64,000 nucleotides of DNA from Candidatus Woesearchaeota archaeon. Its GTDB lineage: Archaea; Nanobdellota; Nanobdellia; SCGC-AAA011-G17; UBA489. The number at the start of each line of letters is the position of its first letter. The first letter of the stretch is position 1. Of the stretch, positions 37,929 to 48,169 are shown piece by piece. The translations under genes were made by a program, and so were the position numbers. The stretch is taken from positions 44,071-108,070 of the forward strand of contig JABIKK010000013.1 of assembly GCA_018655015.1 (NCBI GenBank). The letters are read 5' to 3'. Below the pieces are notes generated by a model. It made no database searches. It worked only from the letters and a program-made list of their open reading frames with translations, and was not told the DNA's origin.

Positions 37929-38867
37929 AACTAAAAATCTGACCATATTAATTGTAACCAAGATTATTTTCACATACAAGAAAGGTAATGTAAATAAAGA
38001 TAAAAACGGATTCTTGTTTCTCCAAAGTAATGTAATATAAACAACAACCAAAGTAAAAATCAAGGCTTTTGTAAACATTACCATATTGCCTACAAATAAC
38101 AAAGGTGAAAGAATAAAACCAAATTTAACTAACCAATAAAGACTGTACTTAACTCTACATTTTTTATCAACCATGGTGTTTATTCCCTTTCCAATCCATT
38201 TACACTGTCTAAAGAACTCAGAAAAAGAAGTCGGAAGCTCAAAATATTGTTTAGCTTGTTTAACCAATTTAGATTTAAAACCTGCCTCATAAAACTTCTT
38301 TGCGAATAAATTATCTTCATAGTAAAAAGTATTTTCATTAAACCCATTGATTTTATCAAAAGCTTTTCTAGAAATACAAAAGAACATAGCACCAGCAATT
38401 TCACAATTTTCTAAATCATATATAGAACCATCCTTTAAGTTTCTCTTAATTGAAGGCCCAACCAAACCTGCTAAAGCTTTACTAACAAAATTGCCCCTAT
38501 AAGGCCTATTCATAGTCATATAAGCGTCAACACTCGAAGTATGCATTTCCATTATCGAATCAAAAAATTCATCATTCATGTAAGTATCAGCATCTAAAAA
38601 AACTAAAATTTCACCAGTTGCTTTTTTAGCGCCCCTATTTCTAGCAGCAGCAGCAGAGGTTCCAGTTGGGTGATTAACCAGTTTAATATTTCTCTTCTTC
38701 TTCATATAACCTTTAACAATATTCTCAGTCTTATCTGTAGAACCATCATTAGAAATAATAATTTCTTTATTTACATAACCGTTTGAAAGAACGCTATCGA
38801 TCGCCCTAGCAATAACTTCCTCTTCATTGTGTGCAGGAATTACAACTGAAAATTTCACAGAGTTCAT
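37908..38867 (-). CDS. GT2 glycosyltransferase with C-terminal TMs
   Basis: SVVIPAHNEE, NDGSTD, ARNRG, FLDAD. Confidence 0.93.
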   Translation of the reverse strand: MNSVKFSVVIPAHNEEEVIARAIDSVLSNGYVNKEIIISNDGSTDKTENIVKGYMKKKRNIKLVNHPTGTSAAAARNRGAKKATGEILVFLDADTYMNDEFFDSIMEMHTSSVDAYMTMNRPYRGNFVSKALAGLVGPSIKRNLKDGSIYDLENCEIAGAMFFCISRKAFDKINGFNENTFYYEDNLFAKKFYEAGFKSKLVKQAKQYFELPTSFSEFFRQCKWIGKGINTMVDKKCRVKYSLYWLVKFGFILSPLLFVGNMVMFTKALIFTLVVVYITLLWRNKNPFLSLFTLPFLYVKIILVTINMVRFLVLPSRRS

Positions 38868-39811
38868 TTTTTAATTAAATACCTCATAATACCATAGAAT
38901 TCAAATAGATTCCTTAAATACATTACTGGAACCATCAAAAAGGAATAAAACACGCTTTTGCTAGCCCTTAAAGCATAAAAATATGTTAAAGCATAAGCTG
39001 CTAGAATAAAAAACGCCCCAAGGTAAATGTTAAAAAATAACAATCCAAATGGACCAAACATAAATGCAAGCTTAGCGGCAGAATATTTTATTTCGTTTTT
39101 TTGTCTTTCTTTGTCTTTCATGGAAGCAATGCCTTTCCCAGACCACAAACATTGGCGATAAACACCCTTGAGATCAGCAGGTTGTTCAGAGTAAAACAAT
39201 ATTTTAGAATTCCAAACTCCCTTGTATCCTTTAGAAAAGAATCTTTTACCAAGATCCTCATCCTCATAATAAAATATTTTTTCATCAAATCCTTTCAAAT
39301 CTAAAAAAGCCTTCCTACTTATAACAAACGGATTATAACCAATATAATTTTTAATAATTTGACCATCTTTTATTTCTCTAACTTCTTTAGAAGGTCTTCC
39401 CAACAGAGCAACAAGCCTAGATAACAAATTTGAAAATGTATTTTCTTTCATATGCCCAACAGAATCAATTCTTTTATCTTCAAAATTCTTAGCAATACTT
39501 TGTAAAAAACCATCACTTATCCCTGTGTCAGCATCTAAAAAAACTAAAATTTCTCCAGTTGCCTTTTTAGCACCCCTGTTTCTAGCAGCAGCAGCAGAAG
39601 TTCCAGTTGGATGATCAACCAATTTAATATTTTTATTTTTCTTCATATAGCTCTTAACAACTTCAACAGTCCCATCTATAGACCCGTCATTAGAAATAAT
39701 AAATTCTAAATTTGAATAACCGCTACTCAAAACACTATCCAGAGCCTTATGGATATCTTCCTCTTCATTATGTGCAGGCGTTACAACTGAAATTTTTGGA
39801 TTCTTTGACAT
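38864..39811 (-). CDS. GT2 glycosyltransferase with C-terminal TMs
   Basis: Same motifs; ATG 39811 follows GAGGTG RBS. Confidence 0.93.
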   Translation of the reverse strand: MSKNPKISVVTPAHNEEEDIHKALDSVLSSGYSNLEFIISNDGSIDGTVEVVKSYMKKNKNIKLVDHPTGTSAAAARNRGAKKATGEILVFLDADTGISDGFLQSIAKNFEDKRIDSVGHMKENTFSNLLSRLVALLGRPSKEVREIKDGQIIKNYIGYNPFVISRKAFLDLKGFDEKIFYYEDEDLGKRFFSKGYKGVWNSKILFYSEQPADLKGVYRQCLWSGKGIASMKDKERQKNEIKYSAAKLAFMFGPFGLLFFNIYLGAFFILAAYALTYFYALRASKSVFYSFLMVPVMYLRNLFEFYGIMRYLIKK

Positions 39812-39821
39812 AACAATCACC

Positions 39822-40349
39822 TCAAACCCTAGATCTAAATCCCCATTCGTAATCATGTTCAGAATCGTAATCACTAAATTTAATCAACTTTAGATTATGC
39901 TTCTTCAAAACTTTGAGCGTATTAGAATCATAACACCACCAACCTGCTACAACCTCACTAGGTACTACATTCAACTCACTCTTCATCCAATTAACTGCTT
40001 CATTAATCATCTTTTCTTGTTCAGCCAAGGTCATATTCATTAACATACTAAGGTGAATGTGCAATTCAAGTTGTTGCCCATGATTGATCATCCATTTGTA
40101 TCTTTCTTTCAAAATCTTTGAAACTTTCTCTTTAGACAACTTAACATTAAAAGAAGACTTAAAATAATCATAATTCGCAGGGGTCATAACATACCATTTG
40201 TGAATTTTTCCAGAATTTGATTTATTCTTAACTTCTTCCCAGATAGAATCAATCACTACAGCTTCAGTATGAATAGTCAATGGCTTTAACTTACTACGCA
40301 AAAGAGAGCTCCAATACTTCAATAATCTAAAAACGTTAAAAGATGCCAT
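39822..40349 (-). CDS. Polysaccharide deacetylase-like protein (short)
   Basis: GQQLELHIH, ..Q...I.EA, VAGWW: NodB-like pattern. Confidence 0.55.
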   Translation of the reverse strand: MASFNVFRLLKYWSSLLRSKLKPLTIHTEAVVIDSIWEEVKNKSNSGKIHKWYVMTPANYDYFKSSFNVKLSKEKVSKILKERYKWMINHGQQLELHIHLSMLMNMTLAEQEKMINEAVNWMKSELNVVPSEVVAGWWCYDSNTLKVLKKHNLKLIKFSDYDSEHDYEWGFRSRV

Positions 40350-40350
40350 T

Positions 40351-41379
40351 TCAAGAGTTGTCCTCCTTAATCTTGTTAACTAACAGTGAAAACTTCTCCT
40401 TAAAAAGATTTATACAATTCTTTTCATTAAAAAATGTAGCCGCCTCTGAAAATTTATTTCCTAATCTCTTCTTAGCAACAACAGGCTTATCAAAATAATC
40501 CATAATAACTTTCATTGCCCTATTCCTCTCATTCAAAGAAAAGACATACTCCTTAGAAATATCACCTACAACATTCTTAACTCCTGTTGTGTCGGATGTA
40601 AAACAGGGTATTCCTGAAGCCATAGATTCTAAAGCTGCAACTGGAAATGCATCGCCCCTTCCAAAATGACAATACAATGCAGAATGTTTCATATAAGTCT
40701 TCAAACCCTCAATGTCTTGGTTACCAACAAACTCTACATTGGGCCAGTCTTTCTTAAAATTGTCCCACTTACCACCAACAATAAACAATTTACTTTTTTT
40801 AAACTTTTCCTTAACTTTCAAAAACACTTCAACTAAAAAGTCCAAGCCCTTACAATAATAATCTTCTCCACCACCTACAAACAGAATATTATTTTTATCT
40901 AATCCTGATTTGAATTTAAAGAAATCATTCCGATTAATATACGAATAGGCTACTTCAACTGGAACATTTGGTGCAACCTTTCTAAAGAGTTCTTCTTGTA
41001 ATGGTCCCAAACAAATTGCGCCATCAATCTTTTTAATTAGTTTAAGAATAACCTTTCTCTTCCAAGGCTTAAATTTCTCAACCTCCAAAGAATCAAAATT
41101 GAATTTTTTATTATCTACCAATTGAAACAATCTTGGATCAGCAAATAAATTAATTATCTTAGAAGACTTATTAATAAATCCAAATTTCCTAGCTAAAACT
41201 GCATAATTAAACAAACCCTCTGTAAAATAAATATCATATCCTTTAGGTATTTTTCTTAAACTCATCAATCCATGGACCATTCCATCTGGGAGATAATAAA
41301 AATCAGCACCAATAGCATTAGCAAAGCTAGAATGAACTGGATGCGGCGGATTCCCACAAATAAATAATACTTTACTCAT
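40351..41379 (-). CDS. GT4 glycosyltransferase
   Basis: ILFVG..KG.D, DAFPVAALESMASGIP. Confidence 0.9.
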   Translation of the reverse strand: MSKVLFICGNPPHPVHSSFANAIGADFYYLPDGMVHGLMSLRKIPKGYDIYFTEGLFNYAVLARKFGFINKSSKIINLFADPRLFQLVDNKKFNFDSLEVEKFKPWKRKVILKLIKKIDGAICLGPLQEELFRKVAPNVPVEVAYSYINRNDFFKFKSGLDKNNILFVGGGEDYYCKGLDFLVEVFLKVKEKFKKSKLFIVGGKWDNFKKDWPNVEFVGNQDIEGLKTYMKHSALYCHFGRGDAFPVAALESMASGIPCFTSDTTGVKNVVGDISKEYVFSLNERNRAMKVIMDYFDKPVVAKKRLGNKFSEAATFFNEKNCINLFKEKFSLLVNKIKEDNS

Positions 41380-41410
41380 AGAACTTCTTGAAAAAAGAAG
41401 CTTAATAAAC

Positions 41411-42256
41411 TTAACTCTGAGAAGGAGAACTGGATCCTAAAAAGTACTCTAAGCCTTCCATAGCACCCTCAAAAAATGGTTTTTCTGCAACATAGCCCCT
41501 CTCCCCTCTAGAAGAAACGGCCCGCTTTAATCTTTTGTCGGCATTTCCAGGGCAAATCCAAATTCCATCTGGAACACCCTTCATCATTTCTCCATCGGAA
41601 TGGTATGAATCTCCCAATATAATTACATCTTTAGTAGCAACACCCAACTCTCCAAGAATATGTATTAATCCATCCTTTTTACTTACGCCAGGGATGATGT
41701 CTAAAGCCATGTCACAGGTTTTAGCAACAAGACGGCCATCATCAAGATCTGACCTTAACTCGGGAGACATGAACTTAACCACTTCAGAATAAAGACTTCT
41801 AGCAAATGCTTCTCCATCAGGACTATTAAACTCATAAGTTAAAATATGTAAATTATCTCTCATCCTAGTCAATTCAGCCCCATCAAATTTTGCACCTAGG
41901 AATTCATCATGCTGCCCAGCGTGATGAATAAATTCTTCCAACCTATTTTTTGCACCAGTAAGATTTCTAAAATGGTCATCTCCTTCAGCAATATGATATT
42001 CTCTACCAGTTTTAGGATCAACAATCATTGTTCCATGCTCACAAACAGAAAGTGCATCCATGTAGCCAAGTAATTCCCTCGTAATTTCTAAAGATCTTCC
42101 AGTAACAGCAACGCAAGGTACACCCTTTTTGGTCATAAAACTTTTCCACCTATCTAGATTTTCTTTTTCGCCATTCAAAATAGCCCTAGTAGTATCTTTA
42201 GAAAATATTTCGCCAGTACTCAATACACCATCCAAATCAAATACAGCTAGTTTCAT
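41411..42256 (-). CDS. HAD-superfamily (IIB) phosphatase
   Basis: FDLDG, VTGR, EHG, SKKDG, GDSYHSD. Confidence 0.9.
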   Translation of the reverse strand: MKLAVFDLDGVLSTGEIFSKDTTRAILNGEKENLDRWKSFMTKKGVPCVAVTGRSLEITRELLGYMDALSVCEHGTMIVDPKTGREYHIAEGDDHFRNLTGAKNRLEEFIHHAGQHDEFLGAKFDGAELTRMRDNLHILTYEFNSPDGEAFARSLYSEVVKFMSPELRSDLDDGRLVAKTCDMALDIIPGVSKKDGLIHILGELGVATKDVIILGDSYHSDGEMMKGVPDGIWICPGNADKRLKRAVSSRGERGYVAEKPFFEGAMEGLEYFLGSSSPSQS

Positions 42257-42280
42257 TTTAACCTCTAGAACTGAAATAAA

Positions 42281-43312
42281 TTAAAGGTCGTCTACCCTTC
42301 TTAGATCATCAATAATGGGTATTTCAGAATCATGAACTCTTTTCCCATAATTTCCAAGCATAATCGGAATCCTCTTTGCAACTCTAGCAATATCTCCTAA
42401 AGCTTTAGGTTCAATACTAGCTGCGTGATCCCATCCAAACATGGATCTTCCAAGAGTAATGTGTTTTTCAATAACACAAGCACCTGTAGCCATAGCAACA
42501 ATTGCAGGCCATATTCCTGGAGCATGACAACTGAATCCAATTGGACAGTCAAAATGTTTTCTTAATGTGTGGATTACATTAATATCTAATTCACTATCCT
42601 TTGAAGGATAAGTTGCTGTACAATGTAACAAAACAGTATTCTCGGAACCAAGAATCTTCATAGCTTCAACAACTTTTTCCATATTAGTCATTCCTATAGA
42701 AAATATAATCGGTTTACCTGTAGATTTTATTTTTTTCAATAAGTTTCTATCAGTCAAACTTGCAGAAGCAATTTTATAACAAGGAACATCGAATTTTTCA
42801 AGGAAGTCAACGCTTGCTTCGTCCCAAGGGGATGCAAACCACATAATTCCTTTTTCCTTACAATACCTATCTATCTCTTGGTATTCTTCTTCACCAAACT
42901 CTAATTGTTCTCTCTCTTCTCTATTTGTTGTGCCCCAAGGTGTTTTTCTTGGACCATCCATAAATTCTTTAGTATAAATAACATCAAGTGTTCTTTTCTG
43001 GAATTTAACTGCATCACAACCTTTCTCAACTGCAAGATCTATCATTGTTTTAGCAGTTTCAATTTCACCATTGTGATTAATTCCAATTTCAGCAATAACA
43101 AAAATAGGTTGATCGTGACCAATCATTTTATTTCCAATCCTAACTGGTTTTGGTCCTCTAGTCTCTAAATTTCTAAACTCATAATCGCTCCACGCTTGAG
43201 AAATAGCTTGTGGAACACTATTAACGGCCCCAGAACCTTCATTAACATAACTTGCTACTCTATCAGCAAATTCTCGAGGTACGGTTATTGATGTGCTTCC
43301 TTCTTTTGGCAT
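42281..43312 (-). CDS. neuB: Nonulosonic acid synthase NeuB family, with N-terminal RHH-like extension and no C-terminal SAF domain
   Basis: IAEIGINHNG, AVKFQKR, YKIASA, LHCTATYP, IEKHITL; ORF open to 43327 but TATA spacing favours ATG 43312. Confidence 0.92.
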   Translation of the reverse strand: MPKEGSTSITVPREFADRVASYVNEGSGAVNSVPQAISQAWSDYEFRNLETRGPKPVRIGNKMIGHDQPIFVIAEIGINHNGEIETAKTMIDLAVEKGCDAVKFQKRTLDVIYTKEFMDGPRKTPWGTTNREEREQLEFGEEEYQEIDRYCKEKGIMWFASPWDEASVDFLEKFDVPCYKIASASLTDRNLLKKIKSTGKPIIFSIGMTNMEKVVEAMKILGSENTVLLHCTATYPSKDSELDINVIHTLRKHFDCPIGFSCHAPGIWPAIVAMATGACVIEKHITLGRSMFGWDHAASIEPKALGDIARVAKRIPIMLGNYGKRVHDSEIPIIDDLRRVDDL

Positions 43313-43393
43313 ACGGTCCTGCATCATCAGTAGTTTATAAAGATTTCTATGTTGTAGTCAATTAATTTAAAAAGGACCGTTCATGGACCGTAT
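43311..43393. promoter_or_regulatory. Three GGACCGT boxes around the neuB promoter (candidate operator)
   Basis: GGACCGT at 43374-43380 and 43385-43391 (11-bp period), inverted copy ACGGTCC at 43313-43319; TTTATAAA at 43334-43341. Confidence 0.6.
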
Positions 43394-43399
43394 AAATTA

Positions 43400-44107
43400 C
43401 TAAAAATCCATCCGAGTCTTGCCTTCTTTTCTTCTCGTCATTAATTGTTCTGCTAACCACCAATCATAAGGATAATCTATCTCAAGAGAATTAACCTCTT
43501 CCATCATAACAAGTCCAATCCTTCCACCATACCTGTTTTTCACTTGATCAAAAAGATCCCTTTTGATCACATACAACGCACCATTATCGCAATACCAGGG
43601 TTCCATAGCTTGCTTTCTTTCTCTAACTTTCCTAAAAGGCACATAACAACCATCTTTAAGCTGGCCATAATATCTAAATGAAGGAAATGCAGTAATTGCA
43701 GAATCATACTCTTGTTCATCGATCATTGCGATAGCTTCATCTATCTCTTTATTATCTCTAAATATAGATGTACATTGTAAAAATGCAATCAGCCTTATTT
43801 TAATACCAGTTTTTTCAATCTCTTGAACTGCATAATCTAAATAGGATTCCTTATACAAATCAAATTGATCCATATTCTCTTCTTTTTCATAAACAATCTC
43901 CGCCCCAAACTTTCTAGAAACTTCAGCAATTTCCTCACTATCAGTTGAAACAAAAACCTTATCGACCTTAGGAGAATTCTTTGCTGCCTCAATAGAGTAA
44001 GCAATCATAGGTTTACCACACATATCTTTGACATTCTTTTTTAATACAGTCTTAGACCCACCCCTCGCAGGAATGATCGCAATTACAAGCCCATTTTCTT
44101 CAGTCAT
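43400..44107 (-). CDS. neuA: Acylneuraminate cytidylyltransferase
   Basis: IIPARGGSK..KKN, VSTDSEEI, LQCTS.FR, NGALY, EID. Confidence 0.93.
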   Translation of the reverse strand: MTEENGLVIAIIPARGGSKTVLKKNVKDMCGKPMIAYSIEAAKNSPKVDKVFVSTDSEEIAEVSRKFGAEIVYEKEENMDQFDLYKESYLDYAVQEIEKTGIKIRLIAFLQCTSIFRDNKEIDEAIAMIDEQEYDSAITAFPSFRYYGQLKDGCYVPFRKVRERKQAMEPWYCDNGALYVIKRDLFDQVKNRYGGRIGLVMMEEVNSLEIDYPYDWWLAEQLMTRRKEGKTRMDF

Positions 44108-44202
44108 TTTAAAAATCCACCGTTTAACAAGCTATAAAACCAATTAATAAGGTTTTCCCCCTCCAAGAAGGATTTAAATAGTCTTCAGAAAAGCATAGAA
44201 AT

Positions 44203-44757
44203 ATGGAGAAAAAATCAAACGTCCGTAAACTAGAAATTGGGTGTGGGTCAAAAAAACAAAAAGGATTCTTCGGAATCGATCTATATCCTTACGCTGGAGT
44301 AGATCTTGTAATTGACGTAGACAACGGACTTCCATTCAAAAACAACACTATTGAAGAGATTTACACCGAACACGCACTAGAGCATGTAAAAGAATTCGAA
44401 TTTGTAATGGAAGAAATTTATAGAATATGTAAACCCAAGGCAAAGATAGTAATTAAAGTCCCATACTTCTCAGGTAAGTCTGCTTTCTTTGAATTTCACA
44501 GAAGATTCTTTAGGTATGATAGTTTCACAGATTTTGAGCAAGATGAAAAAAGTATGTTAACAACAAAGAACCCTGTTAATTTCAAAGTTAAAAAAAGAAA
44601 ATTAATATTCCTTAAAAAATGGTATCTCCCTTGGAATTTCATAATCGAACCATTATTCAACATACATCAAAAGATATGTCTTTTCTATGAAGAAACCTTT
44701 CTAAGAAATCTATTTCCCGCATATGAAATGTATTTCGAACTAGAAGCAAAAAAATAA
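44203..44757 (+). CDS. Class I SAM methyltransferase (glycan-locus type)
   Basis: LEIGCG, LPF, HALEHV, EIYRICK. Confidence 0.85.
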   Translation: MEKKSNVRKLEIGCGSKKQKGFFGIDLYPYAGVDLVIDVDNGLPFKNNTIEEIYTEHALEHVKEFEFVMEEIYRICKPKAKIVIKVPYFSGKSAFFEFHRRFFRYDSFTDFEQDEKSMLTTKNPVNFKVKKRKLIFLKKWYLPWNFIIEPLFNIHQKICLFYEETFLRNLFPAYEMYFELEAKK

Positions 44758-46203
44758 TTACCCACCTTTAATAATTTTATTAATTAAATTAATCTGTCTA
44801 TCAGTTGAATTTCCATCATCAGAACAATTGTAATTCTTTACAAACTTCTTTCTAGCAATTTCAAAACTTTTACTAAATTTTTCACTGTTCAACACTTCTT
44901 CCAATCTGGGAGTAAAATCTTTTGCATCTTGAACCCTGAAGCCTACCCCTTCACCAGTGTAATCTACAAACTCATCAAAACCAATGTTCACGGAGATCAC
45001 AGGTTTACCCAATAAAACTGCTTCAATTGCAACAGTTGAGAATGCAGTTGTAAAAACATCACAAGAAGCCAATATTTTATGAATATCTCCACCAATTAAG
45101 ACTTTAAGGTTTAATTCCTTATAATCTTTAGGTAAATCATCAAGACTCATATCTTCCCTCATAGTAAGCACAAACTCATAATTATCTCTGTTCTCAATAT
45201 TCCTAACAGTGTCTAAAAAACAGTCCAATGCAGTACGAGTCATATCTCCTTCAGTTAAAGGTCTCTGTGCTGTAAAGATAACAACTTTCTTACTGGGATC
45301 AATTCCAAGTTCTTTACAAGAAGTAGCCCTATCAAATTTATTATTAAATATGTTATCAAATCTCGGCTGACCAGTAACAACCAACTTTTTAACCTCTGCC
45401 CCCTCAGACATCAAAAGCTCCCTCTCACTTTCACCATTCAATGCCATGTAGCTTGCACTAACTTCTCCAACAGGATTTCCTTGCAGCTGCCCATGCTGTA
45501 TAACCAAAGAAGGTACATTAAATTCCTTAGCAACTAAACAAGCAATTCTACCGGTAGCATTAACATCATCAGAAACTAAAACAATTTTATATTTCTCCCT
45601 CGAGTATATTTCTCTAAATAATCCAATATTACGAACTGTCTCAATGAACATCTTCCTAGTCTTAATACAATACTCTAAAACATCCATAACATACCCATAA
45701 TTCTCGCCAAGCTTTTTCTTAAGATCCATATCTGATTGGATAAGATTCCATTGTTTATTCAAAAAAGTCCCTGCATCCACAATCATTTCTTCAATATTTT
45801 CACAAAGAAAATTATCTAAATTAGCAAATGGGATATTATTTGCATCAAGCCTTTGTCGTGTAATTTGAGCAGAAGGACCGTCATTTCTGATAACCCTAAC
45901 TCCCTTAAGTTTTTTGAATAAAAATAAAAATGTATTAACATGGGACATGTCATATGGAACCATTAAAATTTCATCCCCGCCTTCCTTATCTACAAACTTT
46001 CTTTTAAATCTTTGATTTCTTTTCCGATTAATTGCAAACCTAACCAAAGTATCTTTTTTCTTTTCAAAAAAATTTCTTTTCCTAGGCTCCTTCAAGAAAG
46101 AATTGTACAATCCAGCCTCATTTAAATGCCAAAGATTATAGCCTTCATAAGTTAAATAATTCTCAAGTAAGATTCCAATTCCCTTAACATCTTTAAATTT
46201 CAT
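44758..46203 (-). CDS. GT-B fold glycan biosynthesis protein (TagF-like / possible nonulosonate transferase)
   Basis: IQHG, VTGQPRFD, STVAIEAVLLGKPVI; adjacent to neuA/neuB. Confidence 0.7.
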   Translation of the reverse strand: MKFKDVKGIGILLENYLTYEGYNLWHLNEAGLYNSFLKEPRKRNFFEKKKDTLVRFAINRKRNQRFKRKFVDKEGGDEILMVPYDMSHVNTFLFLFKKLKGVRVIRNDGPSAQITRQRLDANNIPFANLDNFLCENIEEMIVDAGTFLNKQWNLIQSDMDLKKKLGENYGYVMDVLEYCIKTRKMFIETVRNIGLFREIYSREKYKIVLVSDDVNATGRIACLVAKEFNVPSLVIQHGQLQGNPVGEVSASYMALNGESERELLMSEGAEVKKLVVTGQPRFDNIFNNKFDRATSCKELGIDPSKKVVIFTAQRPLTEGDMTRTALDCFLDTVRNIENRDNYEFVLTMREDMSLDDLPKDYKELNLKVLIGGDIHKILASCDVFTTAFSTVAIEAVLLGKPVISVNIGFDEFVDYTGEGVGFRVQDAKDFTPRLEEVLNSEKFSKSFEIARKKFVKNYNCSDDGNSTDRQINLINKIIKGG

Positions 46204-46204
46204 T

Positions 46205-47329
46205 TTACAACAAGGATTTGTAAACTTTAGATAAAACCTTTATAATATTATCCCATGCATACTGTTTAGAATTTTTCTTCCCTGCATCCCCCATAACATT
46301 TCTTTTTTTTGCATCATCCAACAATAAACCCAGCTTTTCTTTCAAGGCACCAACATCTTCAAAGGGAACAACATACCCAGTCTTACCATCTTCAACAACG
46401 AAAGGAAGAGAACCTCTATCGCTCACAACCAACGGTTTTCCTGCAGCCATAGCTTCAATTGCAACAATACCAAATCCCTCCCATTCAGAAAACAAAACAA
46501 AAACATCGGAAGCATAATAGGATGCAATGAATTCTTCATCGGGCAAACAACCCGCAAAATCAAGCTTATTTTCAATATTTAACTCCTTAGAAATTCTAAC
46601 TAATTCTTCCTTGTATCCTACATCTTGTCCAACAATTAGAAGCTTGCAATCAATCTCCTTAATTGCCTCCAAAACATAATTCAAACCCTTACTCTTATGA
46701 ATTCTACCTGTGTAAAGCAATGTCTTACCATTCAGCCCATACTTTTTCTTCAAAGAAGCAATATATTTCTTGTTTGGATGATTATATTTCTCAACATCAA
46801 CACCATTTGGCAAATCAATTACTTTATTCTTTGAAACACCTAAACGAGAATATTCTTTGTAGTCCATCTTAGTGAGGGCCGTACACTTACTAGCATATCT
46901 AACAAATTTACCTAAAGTAAAATCATGTAAAATTTTAAACAAATAATTCTTCTTAGTGTGAATAAAGCCATGTGCAGAAAAAACAACAGGAATTTTATTT
47001 CTCAAATAAAATAAAGCATATTCACTCAAAAATCTATTATATCCATGGGAGTGAGCAATATCATAATTTTTCCAATTCTCTTTGAACCATCCAATGGCCT
47101 CAGAAGAATAGCCATACCCTTTCAAAGAATACTTATTTTTTAATCTAATAACCTTAACCCCCTCAATGACCTCTTCAGATGGGAGATTTTTATCTTCACA
47201 AAATAAATCAGTTGTCAAAATCGTCACATCATGACCACTTTTAACAAATCCTTTAGCGGTTTCAAGAACAACTTTCTCCTGCCCTCCAATAATTGGATGG
47301 AAGCTACTAGTTATCTGTAATATTTTCAT
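46205..47329 (-). CDS. GT4 glycosyltransferase
   Basis: GGQE, PNGVD, GRI..KG, EGFGIVAIEAMAAGKP. Confidence 0.95.
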   Translation of the reverse strand: MKILQITSSFHPIIGGQEKVVLETAKGFVKSGHDVTILTTDLFCEDKNLPSEEVIEGVKVIRLKNKYSLKGYGYSSEAIGWFKENWKNYDIAHSHGYNRFLSEYALFYLRNKIPVVFSAHGFIHTKKNYLFKILHDFTLGKFVRYASKCTALTKMDYKEYSRLGVSKNKVIDLPNGVDVEKYNHPNKKYIASLKKKYGLNGKTLLYTGRIHKSKGLNYVLEAIKEIDCKLLIVGQDVGYKEELVRISKELNIENKLDFAGCLPDEEFIASYYASDVFVLFSEWEGFGIVAIEAMAAGKPLVVSDRGSLPFVVEDGKTGYVVPFEDVGALKEKLGLLLDDAKKRNVMGDAGKKNSKQYAWDNIIKVLSKVYKSLL

Positions 47330-48110
47330 TAGCTACCTGCCTAATAGTTTTTACCTCAATTCCGGATGTTTTAACAAATGTAAATACCCTATCCAATAAA
47401 TCAATCTTCTCTATACATTCATACATCCCATGAACATACATTACTGAAAACTTCTTTTTTTCTATATTCTCAACAAGATATTCAAATATTGCATCATCAG
47501 AATATCCTTTTGTGACTAAATGCTCAATAATTGGAGTATTCATCTCCCCCTTAATAGTTACGGGCACATTAACCATCTTAGTACCACCTACAACTGCAGG
47601 AACCTTAGCAAAGAAATCACTAACAAATTTAATTCCTCTAGCGTCTAACACGTCTACTACTCTTTGATTAGTTCTAAATGCTGGAGAACAAAAAGAATCA
47701 GGGTTCTTTCCAAATAAAGAAACATACTTACTAATTGCTAATTTAACATCCCTATCAACATCGATCTTCTCTAATCCCCTAGTCCATCTCCTATGTTTCC
47801 ATCCATGAATGCCTAACTCATGACCTTCTTTTAGAATTCTTTTCAAAAGGGATTTATTCTTTTTAACAAAATCAATTGGATGAATTGCCATCCTTAATTT
47901 ATCCATAAAACTGAAGACATTGATTGACCTTTCACCTGCACCAGGAACAGCCCCACGATACTTTAAAATTTCAAATATATTGGATTCTCCGCCCATAGTC
48001 AAATAGAAACTAGCCTTAATTCCATGCTTAGCTAGAAGATCTAATAGATTAGGCAAACCCTTAGAAATTCCCTTTTGGGACTCCAAATCCACTCTTAAGG
48101 TGAAGCTCAT
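47307..48110 (-). CDS. Polysaccharide deacetylase (ArnD-like)
   Basis: LRVD, ASFY, GHELGIHGWKH, SPAF. Confidence 0.85.
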   Translation of the reverse strand: MSFTLRVDLESQKGISKGLPNLLDLLAKHGIKASFYLTMGGESNIFEILKYRGAVPGAGERSINVFSFMDKLRMAIHPIDFVKKNKSLLKRILKEGHELGIHGWKHRRWTRGLEKIDVDRDVKLAISKYVSLFGKNPDSFCSPAFRTNQRVVDVLDARGIKFVSDFFAKVPAVVGGTKMVNVPVTIKGEMNTPIIEHLVTKGYSDDAIFEYLVENIEKKKFSVMYVHGMYECIEKIDLLDRVFTFVKTSGIEVKTIRQVANENITDN

Positions 48111-48169
48111 AAACTTCCAAGATAGAGAAATACTTTTAAATCTACCTCAGAAACCTAAAAAGGATTCAA

